Position numbers and translations under genes: made by a program
The notes under the pieces: generated by a model
The model's input: only the letters and a program-made list of their open reading frames with translations
Database searches by the model: none
Told to the model about the DNA's origin: nothing
Shown here: one piece after another, positions 1-11,645 of the stretch
How the letters are laid out: every line of letters starts with the position of its first letter
Numbering within the stretch: position 1 is the first letter of the stretch
Assembly: GCF_963921235.1 (NCBI RefSeq)
Contig: NC_086108.1
Coordinates: 3,906,001-3,970,000 of the forward strand
Direction: 5' to 3'
Length of the DNA stretch: 64,000 nucleotides
Source: Mobula hypostoma
Lineage: Eukaryota

Positions 1-350
1 GGAGACATGATAGAGGTGTACAAGATAATAAGAGGAATAGATAGAGTGGATAGCCAGCGCCTCTTCCCCAGGGCACCACTGCTCAATACAAGAGGACATG
101 GCTTTGAGATAAGGGGCAGGAAGTTCAAGAGGGATATTAGAGGAAGGTTTTTTACTCAGAGAGTGGTTGGTGCGTGGAATGCACTGCCTGAGTCAGTGGT
201 GGAGGCAGATACACTAGTGAAGTTTAAGAGACTACTAGACAGGTATATGGAGGAATTTAAGGTGGGGATTTATATGGGAGGCAGGGTTTGAGGGTCGGCA
301 CAACATTGTGGGCTGAAGGGCCTGTAATGTGCTGTACTATTCTATGTTAT
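1..350 (+). mobile_element. CR1 LINE 3' fragment
   Basis: IEVYKI..TRGH..FFTQRVV..WN.LP ORF2 C-terminus followed by a ttctatg tail. Confidence 0.85.
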
Positions 351-354
351 ACAT

Positions 355-470
355 CTGTTGGAATGTGTGAGGAAACCAGAGAGAACGTACAAAGACCATG
401 GCGGGATTTGAACCCATGTCACTGACTCGGTAATAGGGTACACTAGCTGCTATGCTACCATGCCACCGCT
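355..470 (-). mobile_element. tRNA-derived SINE fragment (related copies near 6260-6455, 32660-32780, 40860-41030, 42160-42310, 62120-62415)
   Basis: B-box-like GGGTTCAAATCCC on the minus strand; the same core recurs across the window. Confidence 0.55.
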
Positions 471-934
471 AAACAAATTCCCAGCTTTGCTTCACATCCT
501 GAGCTCAAACACAGAGACCCTGCTCATCCTGTCCTGGTGAGCAACCTGCCCCATCAGGGAGTCGAGCCGAGGCCTCTCTTGCTCTTTTAACCGGACGCTA
601 AAGATTGCCACAAAGACAACAAATTTCAAGTCATCTGCCGGTGACATCAAACCTGATTCTGATTCTGAGCTGTCCCAGTCTGGACACGAGAAGCCACTTT
701 ACCAGAATGAGTTACGTCATCACGCTACCACGTAATACGTATGCACTTCGCTTGAAGTAAAAACTAAAGGCAGACTTGCATTCCCGTCTCCCTTGTTCTA
801 TTAATGATTTAATGTTTTGAAGTTACAAGACATGCCAGAAAAGCCTTGTGATATTTCTCTGCGTTATCCAACACTCGATAAGGGGCAGCATGGAATGTTG
901 TTGTGAAGACAAGCTCTGGATGTGCGAGGGAATG

Positions 935-1940
935 GAAACATAGAAACATAGAAAATAGGTGCAGGAGTAGGCCATTCGGCCCTTCCAGCCTGCACCGCCA
1001 TTTATTATGATCATGGCTGATCATCCAACTCAGAACCCCGCCCCAGCCTTCCCTCCATACCCCCTGACCCCCGTAGTCACAAGGGCCATATCTAACTCCC
1101 TCTTAAATATAGCCAATGAACTGGCCTCAACTGTTTCCTGTGGCAGAGAATTCCACAGATTCACCACTCTCTGTGTGAAGAAGTTTTTCCTAATCTCGGT
1201 CCTAAAAGGCTTCCCCTCTATCCTCAAACTGTGACCCCTCGTTCTGGACTTCCCCAACATCGGGAACAATCTTCCTGCATCTAGCCTGTCCAATCCCTTT
1301 AGGATCTTATACGTTTCAATCAGATCCCCCCTCAATCTTCTAAATTCCAATGAGTACAAGCCCAGTTCATCCAGTCTTTCTTCATATGAAAGTCCTGCCA
1401 TCCCAGGAATCAATCTGGTGAACCTTCTTTGTACTCCCTCTATGGCAAGGATGTCTTTCCTCAGATTAGGGGACCAAAACTGCACACAATTCTCCAGGTG
1501 TGGTCTCACCAAGGCCTTGTACAACTGCAGTAGTACCTCCCTGCTCCTATACTCGAATCCTCTCACTATAAATGCCAGCATACCATTCGCCTTTTTCACC
1601 GCCTGCTGTACCTGCATGCCCACTTTCAATGACTGGTGTATAATGACACCCAGGTCTCGTTGCACCTCCCCTTTTCCTAATCGGCCACCATTCAGATAAT
1701 AATTCGTTTTCCTATTTTTGCCACCAAAGTGGATAACTTCACATTTATCCACATTAAATTGCATCTGCCATGAGTTTGCCCACTCACCCAACCTATCCAA
1801 GTCACCCTGCATCCTCTTAGCATCCTCCTCACTGCTAACACTGCCACCGAGCTTCGTATCATCCGCAAACTTGGAGATGCTGCATTTAATTCCCTCATCC
1901 AAGTCATTAATATATATTGTAAACAACTGGGGTCCCAGCA
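935..1940 (-). mobile_element. Young 5'-truncated CR1 LINE
   Basis: Open RT C-terminal ORF 1030-1941 (FADD motif), (TTTCTATG)n tail; near-identical to 20521-21535. Confidence 0.95.
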
Positions 1941-2039
1941 AGTGGATCTTTTTATCTGGTTGGCAAAATATACCAAGTGTTGCGTAAGAGAGAGAGAGAG
2001 ATCAGTTCTGGAGCTTTACCTTCCTGTAAATGATTTGGG

Positions 2040-2430
2040 TAGATGCACACCGGGTGGAAATACGTCTCTACCAAAGGAGGTGTGAGACACTCCATCCCTC
2101 CACTAGCCTGCAGGTCACCCTTGGGCAACGTGTAGTAACTGTTTAGCCCCCTCCCCCCCATCAGGGTCAAGTGAAGCCATGAGATCAGGTGGTGGATGGT
2201 CGTATGAGCAGTTGGTGCATATCACAAGTCCCGGTTATGTGACCGCTAATGCCAGGCAGACAATCTCTGAAGAGTATTGATAATAGCCGGAGTCACCCAT
2301 CTTGTAAAGACACTGCCCAGAAGAAGGTAATGGAAAACCACTTTTGTCAAAAAAAAATTGTCGAGAACAATCATGGTCACGGACAGTGGTGAGAATTGAA
2401 CTCTGACGCCCTGGGCACTAACCGCTGCAC
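2040..2430. mobile_element. Non-autonomous SINE-like element with an RTE-like segment (related copies at 58925-59200 and 62715-63030)
   Basis: Three homologous copies; the cccagaagaagg..atgg.aaaccact segment resembles RTE 3' ends. Confidence 0.5.
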
Positions 2431-2779
2431 TGGCATGGCGCTCTGTGGGGTAGAGGTGGGTCAGGCTGAAGAGCCCATACTGTGCCACACTGTACTATGC
2501 CCTTTGTTCAATGGCTCCATCACCAAATGGGCCAAGGTTTCAGGAGAGGACAGTACTAACTCTGCTGGGATTGGATGAAGCTAATCAGACAGACAACTAG
2601 GTCCAGCAACAAGCTTAGATGTGTTTGCCATGTGCCAGAGGAAGATAAGTGTCCCACCAATACCCTATAAATATTCTGAATGCCATTTAAGAATACTCTG
2701 CAGTTACTCAGAGACCAGGAAAGTCTACCACCCTGTATAGCAGGGGCATGGAAATACCAACCCCTTCCCACCAGAATCA

Positions 2780-3625
2780 TCCCAGGAATGAAAGGGTTAA
2801 TGAATGAGTCGCTTTTGATGGCTCTGGGCCTGTACTTGCTGGAGTTTAGGAGAATGAGGGGGGACTTCACTGAAACCTACCAACTTTGAAAGGCCTACAC
2901 AGACTGGATGTAGAGAGGATGTTCCTATAGTGGGGGAGTCTAGGACCGGAGAGCACAACCTCAGAATAGAGGTGACTTCTCGAACTTCTGGTAATTGCCT
3001 CCCCTCTCCTTCACCACTCCCCATTCCTGTTTTCCTCAATCACCTTATCTCCTTGCCTGTCCATCACCTCCCCCTTCCCTTTCTTCCACGGTCTTCTACC
3101 CTCTCCTATCAGATTCCCCCTTCTCCAGCCCTTTATCTCTTTCACCAATCAACTTCCCAGCTCTTTACTTCACCCCCTCCCAGTTTTACCTATCCCCTAC
3201 TACCATGTACTCCTCCTCCCCTCCCCGTACCTTCTTACCCTGACTTCTCAGCTTTTTTTCAGCCTCTGTCCAAAACGTTGACTGTTTACCCTTTTCCATA
3301 GCTGCCGACTGGCCTGCTGAGCTCTTCCAGCATTTTGTGTGTGTTGTTCAGAATAGAGGAACATGCAGTTAGAACAGAGACGAAGAAAAAATTCGTTAAC
3401 CAGAAGGTGGTGAATCGGTGGAATTCATTGCCACAGGCGGCTATGCAGGCCAGCTCATGGGGTATATTTAAGGCAGAGGTTGATAGATTGGTGATTAATC
3501 AGTCTTTGGGGAGAAGGTAGTAGAACGGGGTTGAGGGGGTAACAAATCAGCCATGATGGAATGAAGGAGCAGACCTGAAGGGTCTAATAGCCTAATTCTG
3601 CTCCTATGCCTCATGATCTTATGGC
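2780..3625 (+). mobile_element. CR1 3' fragment interrupted by a Penelope-like 3' fragment (2973-3347)
   Basis: 12-bp TSD TCAGAATAGAGG at 2961-2972 and 3348-3359. The insert has the pyrimidine-rich tract and cctgctgag..ccagcattttgtgtg end seen on the GIY-YIG element at 30.3-31.2 kb. Confidence 0.75.
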
Positions 3626-4704
3626 TCCCCCACCCAGCTCACACACTCTCTTGACTTACAGAACATAGTTATTGAGCCCATCACCCCTAGTGCTCATCAG
3701 AGTCCTCTGTCCCAGGTGGACCTTGGAGAAGATTAAGGGGGAGTTTCCAGACAAACAGCCATCGATCCAAGCACCAGCCCAATGGTGGAGCCGGCAGGAG
3801 ATGATGTCACATCACAATGGCTGCGGCAGATTAGGGTCCCCGGTCATTTTACACTCCATGTCACTGGACCCTGACACCGATCTGTCAAAGACTGTGTGGT
3901 GACTCCCCCTGCATCAGCTTTCCCATGTTAAATGAAGTCACCATTAATGTATTCTCCATTAAGGGAATCTGCCCTAACGTCCCGGATTAACACATCGGAA
4001 TATGTGAATCCCGGATTGGCCTCTGCAGCCACCTGAAGATCCAGCAATAGAGGACAACCTCTGAGGAGAACATTGTACTCAACTCAAGTGGTCGCACTGC
4101 AGGTGAGTGTTAAAATCTGAGGGGTTGGAAGGTTAAAGGGAACATGAGGAGGATTGAAAAAGGGAATGGAAATAGGATGAATATAAAGAATGGTTGAGGG
4201 TCAAAGTGGACCCAATGGGCTAATTGGCCTGTTTCCACTATGAATTCTATGAATCATTTCTATGAATCTTTCCTGAACCTGGAGCAACACACACCAAATG
4301 CTGGGGAACTCAGCAGGTCAGGCAGCATCTGTGGAGAGGTCTAACTAGTTGACATTCTGATCACCTGCCCATCTTTTCTCTCTAGTTCCCCTTGTGAACC
4401 TCTTCATGGTTTTTAACCTTCACCCTTTCTTTGCCTTCACCAAAAGACCAACCTCCACCATCTTATTTTCTCCTCTCTCCTCCCTCAGCTTCCCCCCAAC
4501 CACACCCTCACCAGAGGGGATGCAGTGGCTCCTAGAGGTGCTTCACCCCCGCCTCCTCTTTCAGTAGCTTATTTTGATCCTGTGCAGTGCCCCCCCCCCA
4601 TACCAGACGGTGACGCAGCCTGTTACTATGCTCTCCACAGTATACCTGTGGAAATTTGCAATCTCCTCAAACTCGTAGTGAAATATAGCCGCTGCATTGA
4701 TATG

Positions 4705-5260
4705 TTGGGAATAGGTTGGAGTATTGTGTACAGTTCTGGTCACCTAACTATAGAAAGGATATCGGTAAGATTGAAAGAGTGCAGAGAAGATTTACTAGGA
4801 TGTTGCCGGGTCTTCAGGAATTGAGTTACAGGGAAAGATTGAACAGGTTAGGACTTTATTCCTGGAGCATAGAAGAATGAGGGGAGATTTGATAGAGGTT
4901 TACAAAATTATGAGGGGTATAGACAGAGTAAATGTAAATAGGCTCTTTCCACTTAGATTAGGAGAGATAAATACGAGAGGACATGGCTTTAGGGTGAAAG
5001 GGGGAAGGTTTAGAGGGAACATTAGGGGGAACTTCTTCACTCAGAGAGTGGTGGGAGTGTGGAACGAGCTGCCATCTGATGTGGTAAATGTGAGCTCACT
5101 CTTAAGTTTTAAGAATAAATTGGATAGGTACATGGACGGAAGAGGTCTGGAGGGTTATGGACTGGATGCAGGTCAATGAGACTAGCAGAATAATGTTCCA
5201 GCACAGACTAGAAGGGCCAAATGGCCTGTTTTCTGTGCTGTAGTGTTCTGTGGTTCCATA
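4705..5260 (+). mobile_element. CR1 LINE 3' fragment
   Basis: ORF 4877-5179, MRGDLIEVYKIM..TRGH..FFTQRVVGVWNELP. Confidence 0.9.
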
Positions 5261-5261
5261 G

Positions 5262-5610
5262 TTAGGTCCTTAGAAATATTGACACCCAGAGACTTGAGAT
5301 TGCTCACTCTCGCCACTTCCGATCCCCCTATGAAGATTGGTGTGTGTTCCCTCATTTTACCCTTTCTGAAGTCCACAATCAGTTCTTTGGTCCTACTGGC
5401 GTTGAGTGCAAGGTTGTTGCTGTAACACCACTCCACTAGCTGGTATATCTCGCTCCTGTGTACCTTTCACCACCATCTGAAATTCTGCCAACGATGGTTG
5501 TATCATCAGCAAACTAAAAGTTGGCATTTGAGCTGTGCCTAGCCACACAGTGATGAGTGCAGAGAGAGTAGAGCAGTGGGTTAAGCACACACCCCTGACG
5601 TCTGCCAGTG
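5262..5610 (-). mobile_element. Rex1/Babar-type LINE RT fragment
   Basis: WC..NNL.LN..TKELIVDFRK motif. Confidence 0.75.
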
Positions 5611-6479
5611 TGGATTTCCTCCAGCAAGTTCAGACCCGGAGCTCAGTTGTTAAGTCATAGTCACAGACCTCTCATTATGCGATCAGTACATATCATCTCC
5701 CTGCTGCTCTCTCCCCTTCCCAAGGCCCAAAGGCATAACTCAATACTCCTCCCATCTCAACTTTCTGATGTACTAATCCCGACAGAATGCATACCGCGAG
5801 CTACGGCTGGTTAGGGTAAGGCGAGAGGTGACTGCTCTTGCTGCCCCCCCAGCTGGTGAGGCTCCTATTTACAGCACTGCGTGGGCTTGTTGCGTTTGAC
5901 ACGGGGTGATTGAAGGGGAGTCAGTGAGCGGCCCCCCTCCCCTCCCCACCCCACCCCACCCGCCCCCGTTACGGTGTGGTGGCATTGGGCTATGCCGCTG
6001 GAGGCGTGTGGGCATTAAGTCTATCTTGGCATCTCCCAGCACTAATCCAAGCAAAGAACACTCCAGGAGATTTCCCGGTCGATCTGTTTAACTTTCCAAC
6101 CTGTCAGTCAAAGCTGGTGCTTTGGACCCGAAGGAAAGCTACTCACCCCTTTACCCTTTCGGCTCTTCCATCCTCCCACCCGCTCAGATTCAGATTCATT
6201 TATTTATCACACATATACGTACAGCAAATCATACAGTGAAATGTGTCTAATGCAGACGACACGGTTTCAATCCCCACTGCTGCCTGGGAGAGTTTGTACG
6301 TTTTCCCCTGTGACCGTGTGGATTTCCTCCAGTTTTCTCCTGGGTGGCAGGTTGATTGTAAATGGTCCTGTGATTAGGCCAGGATTAAATTGGGTGACTA
6401 CTAGACAGCATGGCTCGAAGGGCCAAAAGGTCCTAATCTGTGCAATATCTCAATAAATAAAAAATAAATAAAATAGTTA

Positions 6480-9060
6480 ATGTGCAAAAGAAGATAAATT
6501 GTGCAAATAAAAAATAAATAATACTGAGAACATGAGTTGTCGAGTCATTGAAAGCAAGTCTGTAGTTTGTGGAATCAGATCAGAGTTGTGGTGAGCGAAG
6601 TTATCCACACTGGTTCAGGAGCCTGATGGTTGTGGGGTAATAACTGTTCCTGAACCTGCTGGTGTGGGACCTGAGGCTCATTGTGGTGAGTGAAGTTATC
6701 CACACTGGTTCAGGAGCCTGATGGTTGTGGGGTAATAACTGTTCCTGAACCTGGTGGTGTGGGACCTGAGGCTCATTGTGGTGAGTGAAGTTATCCACAC
6801 TGGTTCAGGAGCCTGATGGTTGTGAGGTAATAACTGTTCCTGAACCTGCTGGTGTGGGACCTGAGGCTCATTGTGGTGAGTGAAGTTATCCACACTGGTT
6901 CAGGAGCCTGATGGTTGTGGGGTAATAACTGTTCCTGAACCTGGTGGTGTGGGACCTGAGGCTCATTGTGGTGAGTGAAGTTATCCACACTGGTTCAGGA
7001 GCCTGATGGTTGTGGGGTAATAACTGTTCCTGAACCTGGTGGTGTGGGACCTGAGGCTCATTGTGGTGAGTGGAATTATCCCCGCTGGTTCAGGAGCCTG
7101 ATGGTTGTGGGGTAATAACTGTTCCTGAACCTGGTGGTGTGGGACCTGAGGCTCATTGTGGTGAGTGAAGTTATCCACACTGGTTCAGGAGCCTGATGGT
7201 TGTGGGGTAATAACTGTTCCTGAACCTGCTGGTGTGGGACCTGAGGCTCATTGTGGTGAGTGAAGTTATCCACACTGGTTCAGGAGCCTGATGGTTGTGG
7301 GGTAATAACTGTTCCTGAACCTGGTGGTGTGGGACCTGAGGCTCATTGTGGTGAGTGAAGTTATCCACACTGGTTCAGGAGCCTGATGGTTGTGGGGTAA
7401 TAACTGTTCCTGAACCTGGTGGTGTGGGACCTGAGGGTCATTGTGGTGAGTGAAGTTATCCACACTGGTTCAGGAGCCTGATGGTTGAGGGGTAATAACT
7501 GTTCCTGAACCTGGTGGTGTGGGACCTGAGGCTCATTGTGGTGAGTGAAGTTATCCACACTGGTTCAGGAGCCTGATGGTTGTGGGGTAATAACTGTTCC
7601 TGAACCTGCTGGTGTGGGACCTGAGGCTCATTGTGGTGAGTGAAGTTATCCACACTGGTTCAGGAGCCTGATGGTTGTGGGGTAATAACTGTTCCTGAAC
7701 CTGGTGGTGTGGGACCTGAGGCTCATTGTGGTGAGTGAAGTTATCCACACTGGTTCAGGAGCCTGATGGTTGTGGGGTAATAACTGTTCCTGAACCTGGT
7801 GGTGTGGGACCTGAGGCTCATTGTGGTGAGTGGAATTATCCCCGCTGGTTCAGGAGCCTGATGGTTGTGGGGTAATAACTGTTCCTGAACCTGGTGGTGT
7901 GGGACCTGAGGCTCATTGTGGTGAGTGAAGTTATCCACACTGGTTCAGGAGCCTGATGGTTGTGGGGTAATAACTGTTCCTGAACCTGCTGGTGTGGGAC
8001 CTGAGGCTCATTGTGGTGAGTGAAGTTATCCACACTGGTTCAGGAGCCTGATGGTTGTGGGGTAATAACTGTTCCTGAACCTGGTGGTGTGGGACCTGAG
8101 GCTCATTGTGGTGAGTGAAGTTATCCACACTGGTTCAGGAGCCTGATGGTTGTGGGGTAATAACTGTTCCTGAACCTGGTGGTGTGGGACCTGAGGCTCA
8201 TTGTGGTGAGTGAAGTTATCCACACTGGTCCAGGAGCCTGATGGTTGTGGGGTAATAACTGTTCCTGAATCTGAGGCTCCTTTACTTCCAATGGTAGGAG
8301 TGAAAAAAGATAACGGCCTGGATGATGGGGTTCCTTGATGATGGACGCTGCTTTCTTCTGACTATGCTCCTTGAACGTAAATGTGCTCAATGTCTGAGAG
8401 GGCTTTGCCCGTGATGGACTGGGCTGTATCCATCACTTTCTGTGGAATTTTCTGTTCCTGGACATGGGTGTTTTTATATCAGTTGGTTGTTTTCATAGTG
8501 CATCTATAGAAGTTTGTCAACACTTTAGGTGACATGCTGAATCAAGGGAAACCTCTAAAAATGTAGTGCGCTCTCATGCCTTATATGTGATGGCACTTAC
8601 CTGTTGGTCCCAGGATACAGGGCTCAGTGCTGATATGATAATAAGGAATTTAAAGTTACTGACCCTTTCCCCCTCTAATCCCTTAACGAAGACTGTCTCA
8701 TGGACCTCCGGATTCCTTCTTCTGTAGTCGATGATCAGCGCTTTGGTTTTGCTGGCACTGAGTGGTTGTTGTGGCACCACTCAGCCAGATTTTCAATCTC
8801 TCCCTGATATGCTGATTCATCACCACCTTTGATATGGCCCATGACAGTGGTGTCACCAGCAAACTTAAATATGGCACTGGGTCTGTGCTTAGCCTCACAG
8901 TCTTAAGTGTAAAGTGAGTGTAGCAGGGGGCTAAGCACACATCCCTGTGGTGCACCCGTGCTGATGGAGATCGTGGAGGACTGACTGTGGCCTACAAGCG
9001 AGGAACTCGAGGATCCAATTGCACAAGGAAGTATTGAGGTCAAGGACTTGAAGCTAATTG
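6480..9060 (-). mobile_element. Rex1/Babar-type LINE, degenerate RT to 3' UTR, with an internal tandem amplification of its ORF2 end
   Basis: LSASKTKALIIDYRR, KAASIIKEPHHPG and HTTRFRNSYYPTTIRLLN segments in order; the 3' UTR continues at 6480-6590. Confidence 0.8.
6585..8269 (-). repeat. 95-bp tandem array, about 17.7 copies, derived from a Rex1/Babar ORF2 terminus
   Basis: Strict 95-bp period (ORFs recur at 6601, 6696, 6791 and so on), no spacers. Confidence 0.97.
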
Positions 9061-9202
9061 ATCAGGGGGCTTCAGTGACTCCTCCATCCTTCAAATCATT
9101 CGCCCAGTCTCTGCACTTGTCTCCCTCTCTCCTAAGCACATTTTGTTATCTATTTAGGGACAAGTTTACAAATTCTGCTTACAATCTGCTTTCAGATTCT
9201 TA

Positions 9203-9770
9203 TGTAACGCGCTGTAAGGTTTCACTGCTAATGTAATGGCTTCTCTGTAATGTTCACTGCTGAAGTAATGGTTTCTCTGTAGCAGCAATGTTTGGGTTAT
9301 GGCTGGAGATAACAGGACTGTGGTATGCATGTTAGCCAATCGGAGATTGTTGTTTTGTCTTGTGTATCTGGAAGGATGTTTTTTCGCGGTCTTTTGTCGA
9401 GGAGAGATGAAGAGGGAAGATGCGTGTGGAGAGAGCTGGTAGACCACCGGATGGAGTGGACTGGGATCTGAGGGTCTAAAGGTCGGCGACTTTCGGAGGA
9501 GATCGATGGTGGAAAAATGACTACTGAACGTGAACTTTTGACTTTTCCTTGAAATGGACCCTTTTAAAATTTTCATTACTAATCCTATATTCAGATTAAG
9601 ATTCATAAAGTTCAATCATGTAATTGCATATGGTGTACTGTCTGATATTTTGCGTTGTGGGTTTGTAACTGGGGGTACATTACACAGCATCCACACAAAC
9701 GTGATTTTTCCTAGTTTGGCAGGGCTGTTTCCCCCAGACGAAAACGAGCTGGGCGAGCCTGAGGGTTACA
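9203..9770. mobile_element. Solo LTR (Gypsy or ERV type)
   Basis: TGTAAC...GTTACA termini with a 4-bp TSD CTTA at 9199-9202 and 9771-9774. Confidence 0.85.
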
Positions 9771-10454
9771 CTTACAACCCCCCCCCACCCCCGCCTCGAC
9801 CTCAGTATTCACACACACACATACACAACTAACTAGCTTGCCTCTCCTTTTGTTCACTGTTCCGGTCAGAATCGGAATCAGATTTATTAGCCGAGAAAGA
9901 TGGATGCATCATGGAGAACATTCTAACTGGCTACATCACTGTCTGGTACGGTGGGGTGGGGGACTGAAATAAGCCGCAGAAAGTTGTGAACTCAGTCAGC
10001 TCCATCATGGGCACTAGACTCCATGGTGTCCAGGACATCTTCAAGGAGCGATGCTCAAAAAGGCGGCATCCATCGTTAAAGACCCCCATCACCCAGGACA
10101 TACCCTCTTCACATTGCTACCATCAGGAAGGAGGTACAGGAGCCTGAAGACACACACTCAATAGCATTTTGACCCAAACTTTTGACTGTCTGTTTCCCTC
10201 AGCAAAGGCTGTCTGACGCACTAAGTTTCCTCCAGCACTATCCTAACGAATCTTGACATTACCAGTGGTTAATTATCAGTGATCTGTTCGCTGTTCCCTT
10301 TGTGGGAATTCACTATGTACAATAGAGCTGCTCTATTTTCTGCATTGTAAAATAAATACAACTAAAAGAAAATCGCTGGGATAAAGTTACGAAAGATATG
10401 CTGAACTCTTTATGCAATTCCACCGCTTTGATCCCACATTGATCGTGTTTGCAA

Positions 10455-10713
10455 GGTTTGATTGGTGACAAATTATGTCAATCAAAATGATAAGTGGGCG
10501 TACCCTTTATAGCTCTTGTTGATTGGTGAATTTATCTGTCCATCATAGTTAGTGGGCAGGCAGAGACGAACTCGGGACTCGAGACGTCGGAGAGGACCGA
10601 TTGGTGGAGACGGACGCCAGTCAGCCGTTCGGGGCGGGACGTGGCCTGGCGGAGGGAGGCTGCGAGTGGACGTAATTCCCGGCGCCAGAGTCCGGTAGTG
10701 AAGTAGATTCGGG
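10455..10713 (+). promoter_or_regulatory. COQ8B: Probable COQ8B promoter and non-coding exon 1 (TSS not resolved)
   Basis: Only CpG-dense unique stretch upstream of the ATG exon. Inverted CCAAT boxes (ATTGG) at 10461, 10522 and 10600, GC box GGGGCGGGAC at 10631-10640, and a donor GG|GTGAGT at 10713/10714. Exon 2 has only 2 nt before its ATG, so an upstream exon is required. Confidence 0.7.
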
Positions 10714-11645
10714 GTGAGTGTGAGTGGAAAAGGTTGGGGGTGGGAGTGAGTGTGAGTGGAAAAGGTTGAGGGGTGGGGGTGAGTGTGAGCGAAAAAGGTT
10801 GGGGGTGGGGGTGAGTGTGAGTGGAAAAGGTTGAGGGGTGGGGGTGAGTGTGAGCGAAAAAGGTTGGGGGTGAGTGTGAGCGAAAAAGGTTGGGGGTGGG
10901 GGTGAGTGTGAGTGGAAAAGGTTGGGGGTGGGGGGTGAGTGTGAGTGGAAAAGGTTGGGGGTGGGGGTGAGTGTGAGTGGAAAAGGTTGAGGGGTGGGGG
11001 TGAGTGTGAGCGAAAAAGGTTGGGGGTGGGGGTGAGTGTGAGTGGAAAAGGTTGAGGGGTGGGGGTGAGTGTGAGCGAAAAAGGTTGGGGGTGAGTGTGA
11101 GCGAAAAAGGTTGGGGGTGGGGGTGAGTGTGAGTGGAAAAGGTTGGGGGTGGGGGGTGAGTGTGAGTGGAAAAGGTTGGGGGTGGGGGTGAGTGTGAGTG
11201 GAAAAGGTTGGGGGTGGGGGGTAAGTGTGAGTGGAAAAGGTGGGGGTGGGGGTAAGTGTGAGTGGGAAAGGTGGGGGTGGGAGTGAGTGAGTGGAAAAGG
11301 TTGAGGGGTGGGGGTGAGTGTGAGTGGAAAAGGTTGAGGGGTGGGGGTGAGTGTGAGTGGAAAAGGTTGGGGGTGGGGGGTGAGTGTGAGTGGAAAAGGT
11401 TGGGGGTGGGGGGTGAGTGTGAGTGGAAAAGGTTGGGGTGGGGGGTGAGTGTGAGTGGAAAAGGTTGGGGGTGGGGGGTGAGTGTGAGTGGAAAAGGTTG
11501 GGGGTGGGGGGTGAGTGTGAGTGGAAAAGGTTGGGGGTGGGGGGTGAGTGTGAGTGGAAAAGGTTGGGGGATCGGGTGAGTGTATGTGAAAATGATGGGG
11601 GGTGGGGGTGATTGTGAGCAAAAAAGGTTGGGGGTGAGTGGGCCA
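10711..11645 (+). repeat. G-rich minisatellite, ~33-bp unit GGGGTGAGTGTGAGTGGAAAAGGTTGGGGGTGG, about 28 copies
   Basis: Direct inspection; it starts exactly at the putative exon-1 donor. Confidence 0.95.

Noticed and set aside
4029..4102. Exon-like segment ctgcAG...CAG|GTGAGT
   Set aside because: Stops in all three frames, weak pyrimidine tract and no other support. It could only be a non-coding exon.
6585..8269. CRISPR-like array or tandem 65-aa gene cluster
   Set aside because: There are no unique spacers and no cas genes. The repeated 65-aa ORFs arise because a 95-bp unit shifts frame every copy.
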